From Candidatus Omnitrophota bacterium (lineage in GTDB: Bacteria; Omnitrophota; Omnitrophia; Omnitrophales; Aquincolibacteriaceae): a stretch of 64,000 nt of DNA. Below the pieces are notes generated by a model. The model did not search any database, had not been told where the DNA came from, and saw only the letters and a program-made list of their open reading frames with translations. The DNA lies in assembly GCA_022711115.1 (NCBI GenBank), contig JAKLFP010000003.1, positions 137,199 to 201,198 on the forward strand. The letters are read 5' to 3'. The position numbers were made by a program, and so were the translations under genes. How positions within the stretch are numbered: position 1 is the stretch's first letter; every line of letters starts with the position of its first letter. This document shows positions 20,846-31,100 of this stretch, one piece after another.

Positions 20846-22621
20846 TCAAAGATTGAACTGCAGATCGTAAAGTTTTTTATACATACCGCCAAGTCGCAGA
20901 AGAAATTCGTTGGTCCCCTCCTGGACGATCTTGCCTTTGTCCATGACAAGAATGCGGTCGGCTTTTTGGATCGTGGAAAGACGGTGCGCGATCACAAACA
21001 CGGTGCGTGCCTTCATAAGATTTTCCAGAGCCCCCTGGACTTCTTTTTCGCTTTGTGTGTCGAGATGAGAGGTGGCTTCATCAAGGATAAGGATCGGCGG
21101 GTCTTTCAAGAGAGCGCGGGCAATCGCAAGCCGTTGGCGTTCCCCTCCGGACAGTTTGAATCCCCTTTCCCCGAGGGATGTGTCATATCCTTGTGGAAGT
21201 TTTTCAATGAAATGATCCGCGTACGCGATCTCAGCGGCTTTTTTCACGGCTTCAATGCTCGCATCCGGCCTGCCGTAAGCGATGTTCTCCCGCACAGTAC
21301 CATTAAAAAGTACGGTTTCCTGAGAAACAATGCCGATTCTATCGCGCAAAGAGTGAAGGGTGAAACCTTGGATATCCTTCCCGTTGATCGTAATAGCACC
21401 CCGTACCGGATCATAGCTTCGCAGAAGGAGATTCACAAGCGTTGTCTTTCCCGAACCGCTGGCTCCTACAAAGGCGATGACTTCATTCTGCTTTGCCTTG
21501 ACATTGATATCCTGCAAAACCCAGTCGCCTGGTTCATAATAAAAATCTACATGTTCATATCTCACTTCGCGGATATCTTCGCGTAACGGAATCGCATTAG
21601 GGGCATCCTGGATCGTGGGTTTCGCATCAAGGATCTCAAAAATACGCGTTCCGGCCGCGATGGATTGCTGGATGGTGCTGTTGACCTTGCTGATTTTCTT
21701 GAGAGGCTCATAAAAAATAAAAAGAGAACCGATAAATGCCACAAACCGATCCGGCGGCAGATGGTTGATCCCGATCCAAACCGCGATCGCGGCGCCTACC
21801 GCTCCAATCACTTCGATCAGAGGGCGCTGCACAATAGTTAATTTCATGGTCGTTTTAAAAAATTCAAATACATTTTTATTGATGCCCTCAAAACGTGAGA
21901 TCTCCCGCTCTTCCGCACAAAAAGCCCGGACGATGTGGATGCCCGAAAAAGTTTCACCAATAAAAGCCGTGATGTCGGCCGTGCGTTCTTGCATTTTTTT
22001 GGTCAACTTGCGGAGCTCTCTGCCGAGATAAACGATCGGGATCGCCACCAGCGGAAAAATCAGAATGGCGCCCACTGCATACCATCCGCCCCAAATAAAA
22101 ACCCAAGGGATATTGAAAAGAATGACAAGGGGTTGTTTCACAAGATCCACGACCACGTCCGTAATAGCCCCTTGGATCTGTCCCACATCGTTCATGATGC
22201 GACTTAAAAAATCACCGGTCCTGCCTTTTGCGTAAAAGTCCTGAGAGAGGTAGACGAGATGACGGTAAAGATCGTCCCGAACCTTGCGAACTGCCCGGAT
22301 CCCGACATTCGACATCTGATAATTCGAAACATAATCAAAGATCCCGCGTAAAAGAAAAACGCCGACCATGATGAACGGGATCCAGATGATAGGGAAGGAA
22401 ATATTCGGAAGGTGGGTGATGTGTTTGGAAATGAATTTAGAGACTTTCGGGATATTGTCGATCACTACTTCGTTCTTGTGATAAAGCCCGTTGACAACAA
22501 TATACAAAGTGACCGAAACCATCGAATTCGCCAACGAGTAGGCAAACATACAGAGCATAGCAATCACAAGCCGCCAGCGGTGCGGCCGAATGTACTGCAA
22601 AAGCCTTCGATAAACGTCCAT
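20846..22621 (-). CDS. msbA: ABC transporter permease/ATPase fusion, MsbA-like lipid A exporter
   Basis: Six-TM exporter domain plus a nucleotide-binding domain. Walker A GASGSGKTT, ABC signature LSGGERQ and Walker B ILILDEATS are present. 591 aa. Confidence 0.85.
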   Translation of the reverse strand: MDVYRRLLQYIRPHRWRLVIAMLCMFAYSLANSMVSVTLYIVVNGLYHKNEVVIDNIPKVSKFISKHITHLPNISFPIIWIPFIMVGVFLLRGIFDYVSNYQMSNVGIRAVRKVRDDLYRHLVYLSQDFYAKGRTGDFLSRIMNDVGQIQGAITDVVVDLVKQPLVILFNIPWVFIWGGWYAVGAILIFPLVAIPIVYLGRELRKLTKKMQERTADITAFIGETFSGIHIVRAFCAEEREISRFEGINKNVFEFFKTTMKLTIVQRPLIEVIGAVGAAIAVWIGINHLPPDRFVAFIGSLFIFYEPLKKISKVNSTIQQSIAAGTRIFEILDAKPTIQDAPNAIPLREDIREVRYEHVDFYYEPGDWVLQDINVKAKQNEVIAFVGASGSGKTTLVNLLLRSYDPVRGAITINGKDIQGFTLHSLRDRIGIVSQETVLFNGTVRENIAYGRPDASIEAVKKAAEIAYADHFIEKLPQGYDTSLGERGFKLSGGERQRLAIARALLKDPPILILDEATSHLDTQSEKEVQGALENLMKARTVFVIAHRLSTIQKADRILVMDKGKIVQEGTNEFLLRLGGMYKKLYDLQFNL

Positions 22622-22847
22622 GAATCTCCTTTAAAACAGCTCAATGCACAACGCGCAACGTTCAACAAAGATCTGTATTTCCGTTGTGCGTTGCGCGTCA
22701 AACAAGTGTTGGTCTGTCAGGGCAACCACTGTAACATATTCGTTGACACTGCTCAAGGTTATGATTTAATTGACTTCAACACGAAATTTGAACCATATCA
22801 ACCGCGCAGGTTGATATGGTTAACTGGTTGATAGAAAAGGGGTTAGG

Positions 22848-23789
22848 ATGACTCAGGCTTTGAAGGTCGGAGTAGTCGGTGTCGGGCATCTCGGGAAGGA
22901 ACATGCCCGCATTTATCGAGAACTCCCCGATTCGGAACTTGTCGGGATCTGCGACCAGGACCCAGCCAAGGCTGAAAAGGCCAAAGAACTCGGCACGGCC
23001 TATTATAAGAACCCTCGTGAATTGATCGGGAAGGTCGAGGCCGTGAGCATCGCTACCCCGACGTCCACCCACTATGAAGTCGCCAGAGAATTTCTCAAAG
23101 CCGGCATTCATACCCTGATTGAAAAACCGATCACGTTGAGACTGGCAGAGGCGGATGAACTGCTCGCCTTGGCCCGCCAGAAACATTGCGCACTCCAAGT
23201 CGGTCATATCGAACGTCATAATCCCGGTTTTAAACGCATTGAAGAAATCGCCAAGAACATCCGCTTTTTTGAAATCCACCGCCTCGGACCTTTCACCGGA
23301 CGCATCAACGATTGCGGCGTCGTGCTGGATCTGATGATCCACGACCTGGATATTGTCCTCGGTCTTGTGAAATCCGAAGTCGCGAGTTTTGACGCCATCG
23401 GCGTGAACGTCTTGACGCCTTTTGAAGATATCGCCAATGTCCGCATGAAATTCAAAAATGGCGCCGTCGCAGACATTACAGCCTCCCGTCTGACCTTTGA
23501 GAAACAACGAAAAATCCGGATCTTTCAGGAAGATGCCTATATCTCACTCGATTACGGCGCACAAAGCTGCAAGATTTTCCGCAAGAACGGCGCTGAGATT
23601 TCCCAGGAATCAATCGACATTGAAAAAGCAGAACCTCTTAAAGAAGAATTGAAATATTTTCTCGGGAATATCCGAACCGGCAAAAGCCGCGGCCATCCTG
23701 ATACCGCAGCGCGGGATGCTCTCCAATTAGCGCTTGAGATCGTTCAAAGGGTCCAGGCAAACATGCCTAAACCCATCGTTGCGGCCTGA
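22848..23789 (+). CDS. Gfo/Idh/MocA family NAD(P)-dependent oxidoreductase
   Basis: N-terminal Rossmann motif VGVVGVGHLG and the EKP motif. It ends 1 bp before the lpxB start. Confidence 0.85.
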   Translation: MTQALKVGVVGVGHLGKEHARIYRELPDSELVGICDQDPAKAEKAKELGTAYYKNPRELIGKVEAVSIATPTSTHYEVAREFLKAGIHTLIEKPITLRLAEADELLALARQKHCALQVGHIERHNPGFKRIEEIAKNIRFFEIHRLGPFTGRINDCGVVLDLMIHDLDIVLGLVKSEVASFDAIGVNVLTPFEDIANVRMKFKNGAVADITASRLTFEKQRKIRIFQEDAYISLDYGAQSCKIFRKNGAEISQESIDIEKAEPLKEELKYFLGNIRTGKSRGHPDTAARDALQLALEIVQRVQANMPKPIVAA

Positions 23790-23790
23790 A

Positions 23791-24927
23791 ATGCCAAAGA
23801 AAATCTTCCTCGTTGCATGCGAAGCTTCCGGAGATCTCCACGGCGCTCATCTTGTTTCTGAAATTAAAAAAATCGCGCCGGAAACGTTGCTTTGCGGGAT
23901 CGGTGGCGACAAGATGCGGGAAGCCGGCGTTCGGATTTTTCATGATATGACCAAGATCTCCGCGTTGGGCCTCGGGGATGTCCTTCGGAATTATTTCAAA
24001 TACCTCAAGATTTTTCATGCGACGATTCAGAACATTAAAAATGAAAAACCTGATGCGGCCATTCTGATCGATTCTCCGGCTTTCAACCTTCGTCTGGCGA
24101 AAAAGATCTCCGCCATGGTTCCTGTTCTTTATTTTATTTCCCCGCAGTTGTGGGCTTGGGGAAAACGCCGAATCCATATCGTAAAAAAACACATCCGTGA
24201 AATGCTCGTCATCCTTCCTTTCGAAAAGGATTTTTATAAAAAAGAAGGCGTTGCCGTCAAGTTCGTGGGGCATCCCCTCCTGGACTCGATCCCGGAACTT
24301 CCGGACATTAAATTGATTCGTTCCAAAATCGGAATGCAGAGGGATCAAAAAGCGATCGGCCTTTTTTCCGGATCGCGGGAAAATGAAGTGAAGCGAATAC
24401 TCCCTATCATGCTCAAGGCCGCGTCTTTTCTTCAAAGGGATTTTCCGGAATCGGTTTTCTTTGTTTCAAAGTCACCGAACGTCCGCCCGAAGGTTTATGA
24501 AAAAATTCTCAGCTGCTCCGATATCAAAACACAATCCCCTGCAATTCCTTTCTATGAACTTGTGAAGGCCATGGACTTTGCATTCGTCACCTCCGGAACG
24601 GCCACGCTCGAGACGGCGCTTATCGGCACACCGTTTTTTCTCCTTTATAAAGCAAGCTGGTCGACTTATTTTCTCGGAAAACACCTCATCAAAGTCCCCT
24701 ATCTTGGCCTTGTCAATCTTCTCGCTGAAGACCGCGTGGTCCCGGAATTTATCCAGCAAGAAGCCCACCCTGAAACCATTGCGCATGAGGCAAAAGTTTT
24801 TCTTCAGAATCCGGAACTTCAGCAGAAGATGAAAGAAGAATTTCGGCAGGCAAGAGACAAACTGGGTAAAAAAGGCGCAAGCTTAAGAGCCGCCCAGGAA
24901 GTAATCTCTTTTCTGAAGGGCTTTTGA
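23791..24927 (+). CDS. lpxB: Lipid-A-disaccharide synthase
   Basis: The N-terminus MPKKIFLVACEASGDLHGAHL is the typical LpxB start, with a GT-B fold. The start was chosen at the internal ATG, because the long ORF begins inside the upstream gene. Confidence 0.9.
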   Translation: MPKKIFLVACEASGDLHGAHLVSEIKKIAPETLLCGIGGDKMREAGVRIFHDMTKISALGLGDVLRNYFKYLKIFHATIQNIKNEKPDAAILIDSPAFNLRLAKKISAMVPVLYFISPQLWAWGKRRIHIVKKHIREMLVILPFEKDFYKKEGVAVKFVGHPLLDSIPELPDIKLIRSKIGMQRDQKAIGLFSGSRENEVKRILPIMLKAASFLQRDFPESVFFVSKSPNVRPKVYEKILSCSDIKTQSPAIPFYELVKAMDFAFVTSGTATLETALIGTPFFLLYKASWSTYFLGKHLIKVPYLGLVNLLAEDRVVPEFIQQEAHPETIAHEAKVFLQNPELQQKMKEEFRQARDKLGKKGASLRAAQEVISFLKGF

Positions 24928-25017
24928 TTGTAGGAGAGTTTATTTCTTATCTGAGGTTAAGTGCTGTCCTGATTTTATTTCAATCAAAAGGTAATCAGGA
25001 CTATCTCTACCTCTGGT

Positions 25018-25377
25018 TTATTTTTTGTCAGAGGAGGGTAGATGTTGCCACGTGAATTCGGGCTGTACGACCGGCTCGTAATCCGCAGGATAAGGTATTG
25101 GGAAAGTGGCTATCTCGTAGACTCCGACTAACGCACGGCCAACAGCAAAAATACTGCCCCTTCCCACTCCCGCCACCCAACTTGGGGGAAACGTATCCTT
25201 CTTTTTTTCTTTGGAGAGTTCGTTCGATATCTCAATCGGCCAGAGAGCGACATTGAGAAAACCGCGCTGAAGTTTTCGTAAAGGGGTCCCGGGGCTCTCG
25301 ATTTCGGCCCCTTGAAGAAAAACGATGCCTGAAAAATAAACGGTCAGAGCCAACAGAACTTTTGTGAAGTTTTTCAT
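25018..25377 (-). CDS. Small secreted protein, exosortase-system-associated (TIGR04073-like) family
   Basis: Signal peptide followed by conserved RGxxN...EI and aromatic-rich motifs seen in TIGR04073-type proteins. 119 aa. Confidence 0.45.
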   Translation of the reverse strand: MKNFTKVLLALTVYFSGIVFLQGAEIESPGTPLRKLQRGFLNVALWPIEISNELSKEKKKDTFPPSWVAGVGRGSIFAVGRALVGVYEIATFPIPYPADYEPVVQPEFTWQHLPSSDKK

Positions 25378-25627
25378 GGCGGAAATAATCTATCATTGAA
25401 ACCAAAGCAAAGCCAGTTTAAAAAAAGAACAGCCCACCACACGATCTGGCGGATTAGTGCCTGCTTATGGGAGGACGAAAAAAAGGCGGGCTCTTTCCGA
25501 GGATGGATAGAAACCCGCCTGCCCTGCCCTATTCGCAATTAATTAAAAGAAAAGCTAAGGACAATAGGACTAACCCGGCTTTTCATCAACTCTTTGATGA
25601 AAAGCCGGGGATTGCCCTATTTAAAAA

Positions 25628-27742
25628 CTAGAGCTTAAAGAGCATGTCTGCGTAGCTCGGCACGGGCCAAAGTTCGAGCGGCGTGATCGTTTCAAGGGCA
25701 TCAATATCGGCCCGAAGATCGCTCGCCGCAACAACCACTTTGTCGCGGAATGCTTCCGCACGCTTTTCAACATCCTGAATTGCGTGAGCTTTTTTGATCG
25801 CGGCTTCAAGGACCTCAAGCTTTGCAGCTGCTGACTCCAAGAGGCCGCTCACTTTACCAAGCAATTCCTTTTGGACCTTCGCCGGACCCGCAGCTACTTT
25901 CAACTGTCCGATGGTTTTAGCCAGTTGCTGCGTGAATTTGATCACCGCCGGAAGATACTGCTTTTTGACCATTTGCACAGCCGCTTGGGCTTCGATGTTC
26001 ACGTGTTTGATATAATGCTCAAGGTAAATCTCATAACGTGAATGCAGCTCCATTCGGGAGAGCACTTTATATTTTTCGAAAAGTTTTACAGCTTCCGGAG
26101 TAGCCATATACCTCAATGCTTCAACACCTGTTTTAATGTTCGGGAGACCGCGTTTTTTCGCTTCCGCGACCCAGATCTCGGAATAATTGTTCCCGTTAAA
26201 AATGATCCTTCCGTGCTTTTTCATGGCATCACGAACGATCGCTTCCGACTCTTTGTAAATGTGGTGCTTACCTGCTTTTTCAAGCCGGGTCGCAATCTCA
26301 TCGAGAGCCTCCGACACGATCGTATTGATCACAATACTGGGGCCGGAAATCGAAGCCGAGGAACCGACCATGCGGAACTCGAATTTGTTCCCCGTAAACG
26401 CGAAAGGCGAAGTCCGGTTACGGTCCGTGTTATCTTTCGGAAGCTGAGGCAGAGAATCCACACCCACATGGAGGACACTCTGACTCCGATTGGCCACTTT
26501 TTTACCTTTTGCGATTCCTTCCAGGATCTCCGTCAGTTCTTCCCCCATGAAGATCGAGATGATGGCCGGAGGCGCTTCATTAGCACCCAACCGAAGATCG
26601 TTGCCGGGATTGCCGCAACTCGCACGCAATTTGTCCGCATGACGATCCACCGCCATGATGAGCGCACTCACAAAAATCAGGAACTGTCCGTTTTCAGCCG
26701 GCGTTCTCCCGGGTTCAAGCAGATTCACGCCTTCACTGGTCGCCAGCGACCAATTATTATGTTTTCCGGAACCGTTTACCCCCGCAAACGGTTTCTCATG
26801 AAGAAGACAGACCAGATCATGGCGCAGCGCCACCTTCTGCATCGTCTCCATCACAAGCTGGTTATGGTCCGCCGCAATATTGGTCGTCGAGAAAATAGGC
26901 GCCATTTCGTACTGAGCAGGTGCAACTTCATTATGTTTGGTTTTTGACGAGATCCCCATTTTCCATAGCTCCACATCCAGATCTCTCATAAAGGCAGCCA
27001 CACGGTCTTTGATCGCCCCGAAATACTGGTCTTCAAGCTCCTGCCCTTTCGGCCCTGAGGCGCCAAAAAGTGTTCTCCCGGAAACAATAAGATCAAGACG
27101 CTGGTCATAATATTTTTTATCAATCAAAAAATATTCCTGCTCCGGCCCCACCGTGGAAGTGACGCGAGTCACTGTTTTATTCCCTAAAGCTTTTAAAACA
27201 CGGACAGCTTGTTTGGAAACTGCTTCCATGGAACGGAGAAGCGGGGTCTTTTTATCCAAAGCTTCGCTCGTATAGGAGCAGAATGCCGTGGGAATACAAA
27301 GCGTCACATTTCCTGGGGCATCGGTCTTAAGAAACGCGGGCGATGTGCAATCCCAGGCTGTATAGCCGCGGGCTTCAAAAGTAGAACGAAGCCCGCCGCT
27401 CGGGAATGACGAGGCATCCGGCTCCCCTTGGGTGAGTTGCTTGCCGGAAAACTCCATGATCACACCGCCGTCTTCTGTCGGCGAAATAAAAGAATCATGT
27501 TTTTCAGCAGTCCGTCCTGTTAAAGGCTGAAACCAATGCGTGTAATGTGTCGCACCTTTTTCAATGGCCCAATCCTTCATCGCGCTCGCAACAACATTGG
27601 CGACTTCAAGAGAAAGCGGAAGTCCTTCCTGAATCGTTTTTTTCAACGCTCGGTATGTATCCTTGGGAAGTCTTTCCTTCATAACGCGGTCATTAAAAAC
27701 ATTACTGCCAAATATTTCCGTCACATCAATCTGTTTCGTCAT
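25628..27742 (-). CDS. glnN: Glutamine synthetase type III
   Basis: 704-aa GSIII. The N-terminal GSIII-specific domain and the Gln-synt catalytic domain are both present. Confidence 0.9.
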   Translation of the reverse strand: MTKQIDVTEIFGSNVFNDRVMKERLPKDTYRALKKTIQEGLPLSLEVANVVASAMKDWAIEKGATHYTHWFQPLTGRTAEKHDSFISPTEDGGVIMEFSGKQLTQGEPDASSFPSGGLRSTFEARGYTAWDCTSPAFLKTDAPGNVTLCIPTAFCSYTSEALDKKTPLLRSMEAVSKQAVRVLKALGNKTVTRVTSTVGPEQEYFLIDKKYYDQRLDLIVSGRTLFGASGPKGQELEDQYFGAIKDRVAAFMRDLDVELWKMGISSKTKHNEVAPAQYEMAPIFSTTNIAADHNQLVMETMQKVALRHDLVCLLHEKPFAGVNGSGKHNNWSLATSEGVNLLEPGRTPAENGQFLIFVSALIMAVDRHADKLRASCGNPGNDLRLGANEAPPAIISIFMGEELTEILEGIAKGKKVANRSQSVLHVGVDSLPQLPKDNTDRNRTSPFAFTGNKFEFRMVGSSASISGPSIVINTIVSEALDEIATRLEKAGKHHIYKESEAIVRDAMKKHGRIIFNGNNYSEIWVAEAKKRGLPNIKTGVEALRYMATPEAVKLFEKYKVLSRMELHSRYEIYLEHYIKHVNIEAQAAVQMVKKQYLPAVIKFTQQLAKTIGQLKVAAGPAKVQKELLGKVSGLLESAAAKLEVLEAAIKKAHAIQDVEKRAEAFRDKVVVAASDLRADIDALETITPLELWPVPSYADMLFKL

Positions 27743-27778
27743 AAGCCACGGCTCCTTTTATTTTTAAAAAGTAGAAAA

Positions 27779-27794
27779 AGCAAGATGCATGCCA
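27779..27794 (-). promoter_or_regulatory. Sigma-54 (-24/-12) promoter of glnN
   Basis: The minus strand reads TGGCAT-GCATC-TTGCT against the consensus TGGCAC-N5-TTGCA. The expected transcription start lies about 25 nt upstream of the AGGAG ribosome-binding site and ATG of glnN. Confidence 0.65.
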
Positions 27795-27844
27795 ACTAAG
27801 GATTTGTTTTGTATAGAGAAGAATACGCCGATTTACCTTCATTT

Positions 27845-27888
27845 TCTACAAATTTGTAGACAAATTATACCCTCTACAAATTTGTGCT
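27845..27888. promoter_or_regulatory. Putative enhancer (UAS) for the sigma-54 activator: two related palindromes
   Basis: Perfect 16-bp palindrome TCTACAAATTTGTAGA at 27845-27860 and a related site TCTACAAATTTGTGCT at 27873-27888. They lie 60-100 bp upstream of the -24/-12 element. Confidence 0.45.
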
Positions 27889-27889
27889 T

Positions 27890-29491
27890 CTATTTCAAGC
27901 TATAATTTTTAACCTTATATCCCAGGATCCTCTCGGTCACGCCAAGTACCTTGGCCGCTTTGCGCTGATTGCCATTTGTTTTTTTGAGAGCTTCCTGGAT
28001 CAATTTTTTTTCAAGTTTCTCAACAGCATCGGAAAGGTTTCCGGAAATTTCATCCATCCCGGAACCCGACGAAGTTCCATCGTCTTTGAGGTGAATAGTC
28101 GCGGGATGCCCTTTTTGTCCGGGAATCGGAAAAAGATTTTCTTCGAGGGTATCGGATTGGCAAAGGATGACCGCACGTTCCATGGCGTTTTCAAGCTCCC
28201 GGATATTTCCTGGCCAGGAATAGTTCATTAAATAGTCCATCGCCGCATCGGAAACATAGCGAACCTCTTTGCCGTTTTCCAGAGCCTCTCTCTTCAAAAA
28301 ATAAGAGACAAGAAGCGGGATATCCTCACGTCTTTCCCGCAAAGACGGTAAAAAGATGGGCACCACATTCAACCGATAATAAAGATCTTCACGGAACTGT
28401 TTTTCCTGAATTGCTTTTTCAAGGTCCCGGTTCGTCGCCGCAATCACCCGAACATCCACACGAAGGGTTTTCGTCCCACCCACGCGCTCAAACTCTCTTT
28501 CCTGAAGTGCTCGAAGAAGCTTGATCTGCATATTCGCCGAAATATCTCCGATCTCATCCAAAAACAATGTCCCGCCATCCGCCATTTCAAAACGCCCCGG
28601 TTTGTTCGTAACCGCTCCGGTGAACGCCCCTTTTTCATAGCCGAAAAGTTCGCTTTCAAGAAGTGTTTCCGGTAATGCGGCGCACGACACCTTCACAAAC
28701 GGTCCTTTGGAGCGCAAACTTGCATAGTGGATCGCGTGAGCCACAAGTTCTTTACCGGTTCCTGTTTCGCCCCGCAAAAGAACGGTGGAACGTGTCCGGC
28801 TCACCATATCAATGGCTGCATAGACTTCTTTCATGCGTTTGCTTTCGCCGATGATATTGGCGGGATGGAATTTTTTGGCAAGTTCGCGCTTCAGTTCGAT
28901 GTTTTCAGACTGGAGTTTTTCTTTCTCCTGCTCACGCAACCGGTAATTCGCCACCGCCTGCGCAATAATAGAGCTGAGAATCGTCAGAAGCCTCAAGTCT
29001 TCATTTAAAGAAACATCACCTTTAAAAAGTCGATCGACACTCAGCGCCCCGATCGTTTCCTGATCGATCTTGATGGGAACACAAATAAAAGCAATGCGGT
29101 TTCTCCGGAAATCGCGCCTTGTCCCTGTCCGATTGAGAAAAAGAGGTTCTTCTCCGATATTCGGTACCGCGATGGGTTCTCCTGCTTCCACAACCTTTCC
29201 CGTAATTCCTTCTCCGACCTTGTAGCGACCTTTCTTAATTTCATGGTCGTCCAACCCGTGAGCGATCTCGATCGTCAGATTTTCACCGTCCGCATCCAAA
29301 AGTGTCAACGTCCCCCGCTCCATCCCCATTTTTTCATGAAGCACTTCCAGGACTTTTCTCATGCGCTCTTCGATCGGAAAAGGCGCCATCACTTGCCGTG
29401 TTACTTCATAGAGGACACTGAGTTCGAGGATTTCCCGTTGAAGACCGCTTGGAGATTTTGACTTTTCTATGTTGAGGATTTCTCTTTTCAT
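27890..29491 (-). CDS. Sigma-54-dependent transcriptional activator, GAF-AAA+-Fis HTH (NifA/NtrC-like enhancer-binding protein)
   Basis: N-terminal GAF domain, central AAA+ with Walker A GETGTGKE and GAFTGA motif, C-terminal Fis-type HTH. 533 aa. Confidence 0.9.
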   Translation of the reverse strand: MKREILNIEKSKSPSGLQREILELSVLYEVTRQVMAPFPIEERMRKVLEVLHEKMGMERGTLTLLDADGENLTIEIAHGLDDHEIKKGRYKVGEGITGKVVEAGEPIAVPNIGEEPLFLNRTGTRRDFRRNRIAFICVPIKIDQETIGALSVDRLFKGDVSLNEDLRLLTILSSIIAQAVANYRLREQEKEKLQSENIELKRELAKKFHPANIIGESKRMKEVYAAIDMVSRTRSTVLLRGETGTGKELVAHAIHYASLRSKGPFVKVSCAALPETLLESELFGYEKGAFTGAVTNKPGRFEMADGGTLFLDEIGDISANMQIKLLRALQEREFERVGGTKTLRVDVRVIAATNRDLEKAIQEKQFREDLYYRLNVVPIFLPSLRERREDIPLLVSYFLKREALENGKEVRYVSDAAMDYLMNYSWPGNIRELENAMERAVILCQSDTLEENLFPIPGQKGHPATIHLKDDGTSSGSGMDEISGNLSDAVEKLEKKLIQEALKKTNGNQRKAAKVLGVTERILGYKVKNYSLK

Positions 29492-30303
29492 ACTTTATGT
29501 TCCACGCCGAAAAGCACAATGCCCGCCCGGTTCGCTTTTTCCACGAAAATATCCATGCCGATAAAAAGGGTTTTGTATGCCTCAAACGCGAACGCCTCCG
29601 CCTTGGCTGCGATCAATCCTTCCAGCGTATGGAGCCCCGCCGCCGGCACATCAAAACGCATATCCTGATCGGGCTTGGCCACTTTCACCACCACAATTTT
29701 CCCTTGGCCGAGCGCGGCGCCGCGACGAATGGCCTCATCCGTCCCCTCAATTGCCTCAACGGCGAGCACTGTCTTTTTTTTCACCACAACGGTTTGCCCG
29801 ATATCCGCGCCCGAAATCTTTCTGGCCATTTCAAAACCGAAGGTGATGTTCTCCAACAAAGTCTTGGAAGGTTTCTTTTTCCCTAATACCCCGGGACCCG
29901 GCATACAGTGTTTGAGAAGAAAAGTGGAATCGAGCAAACGAACTTCCTTTTCATAAAGATAGTCCGCGATGCCGCCAAGAAGAGAATCATCCTTATGATC
30001 CTTCAGTTTCATCAGAACTTTCATCATGTCCAGATCGAGCCGGACGTTCTCTTTAAAAAAACGGACCTTTTCGATCTTGCCGGCCATGATCGCTTCATGA
30101 ACGCCTTCCTTCCTGAAAAAACTCGAGAGTTTTTTCAGTTCACCCACCTTGATCCAGCAGAAGGCATCCGAGATTTTTTCGAGAACCGGTTCGGCTTCCT
30201 GTTCAATACCGCAAATCACAACGCGATAACCCATCCGTTTTGCTTCTTCAGCAACAAGAATAGGAAAGCGCCCGTTCCCTGCAATAATGCCCATGGTCTT
30301 CAT
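29488..30303 (-). CDS. lpxI: UDP-2,3-diacylglucosamine hydrolase LpxI (DUF1009)
   Basis: 271 aa. The central GADIGQTVVVKKKTVLAVEAIEGTDEAIRRG block matches the conserved LpxI core. It is located between lpxA and the lpx cluster end, as in LpxI-type organisms. Confidence 0.75.
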   Translation of the reverse strand: MKTMGIIAGNGRFPILVAEEAKRMGYRVVICGIEQEAEPVLEKISDAFCWIKVGELKKLSSFFRKEGVHEAIMAGKIEKVRFFKENVRLDLDMMKVLMKLKDHKDDSLLGGIADYLYEKEVRLLDSTFLLKHCMPGPGVLGKKKPSKTLLENITFGFEMARKISGADIGQTVVVKKKTVLAVEAIEGTDEAIRRGAALGQGKIVVVKVAKPDQDMRFDVPAAGLHTLEGLIAAKAEAFAFEAYKTLFIGMDIFVEKANRAGIVLFGVEHKV

Positions 30304-30332
30304 GATAATATTTCCTGATCAGCCACTCGAGT

Positions 30333-31100
30333 CTAACCGCAAATGCCTCGCTCGGAATGTTCTAAAAATTCGACTAGGGTCTGGATGGAAGTCCTTGAAG
30401 GAATATCTTGTTTAATCTGCTTAATAACATTTTTCAGAATAAGACCGGATTTAAAAATAATTTTGAAGGCTTTTTTCAGTGCGGATTTATCCTCTTTGGA
30501 AAAACCCGCGCGATCCAGCCCCACCGAGTTGATCCCGAAAGCCTTGGCCGGATGACCATCCACCATCATGAACGGCGGAATGTCCTGAACGACTTTGGAG
30601 CAGCCTCCGGTAATGGAAAGTTTTCCGATACGAACGAATTGATGTACCGCGCTCAAACCGCCGATGATCGCTTTGTCCTCAACAATGACATGCCCCGCTA
30701 AAGTCGCATTGTTGGCAAGCGTCGCGCCATTGTGAACGATGCAGTCGTGAGCCACATGAGCATAGGCCATCAGGAGATTATCGTCCCCGATCACAGTCTC
30801 CGTCCCTTCCAAGGTGCCGGGATTGATCGTCGTGTATTCGCGGATCTTGTTGCGGTTACCTATCTTGAGATAACTCACACCACCTTCAAATTTCCTGTCT
30901 TGGGTGCGGCTGCCGACCACGGCGCCCGTAAAGATCTCATTGTCCGCACCAATCGTGGTATGTCCCTCGATCGTCACGCGCGGGCCTATCTTCGTGCGAT
31001 CCCCGATCTTCACCGTCCCTTCAATAAGAGCCCAAGGTCCGATCTCCACGTCCCTACCCAAAATAGCATCAGGATGGACAATGGCGGTAGGATGGATCAT
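30333..31100 (-). CDS. lpxA: Acyl-ACP--UDP-N-acetylglucosamine O-acyltransferase
   Basis: Left-handed beta-helix hexapeptide repeats. The N-terminus MIHPTAIVHPDAILG is the typical LpxA start. The start was trimmed to the internal Met, which abuts the fabZ stop. Confidence 0.9.
   Translation of the reverse strand: MIHPTAIVHPDAILGRDVEIGPWALIEGTVKIGDRTKIGPRVTIEGHTTIGADNEIFTGAVVGSRTQDRKFEGGVSYLKIGNRNKIREYTTINPGTLEGTETVIGDDNLLMAYAHVAHDCIVHNGATLANNATLAGHVIVEDKAIIGGLSAVHQFVRIGKLSITGGCSKVVQDIPPFMMVDGHPAKAFGINSVGLDRAGFSKEDKSALKKAFKIIFKSGLILKNVIKQIKQDIPSRTSIQTLVEFLEHSERGICG

Noticed and set aside
26042-26947. 301-aa plus-strand ORF
   Set aside because: Antisense to glnN (GSIII). Shadow ORF.
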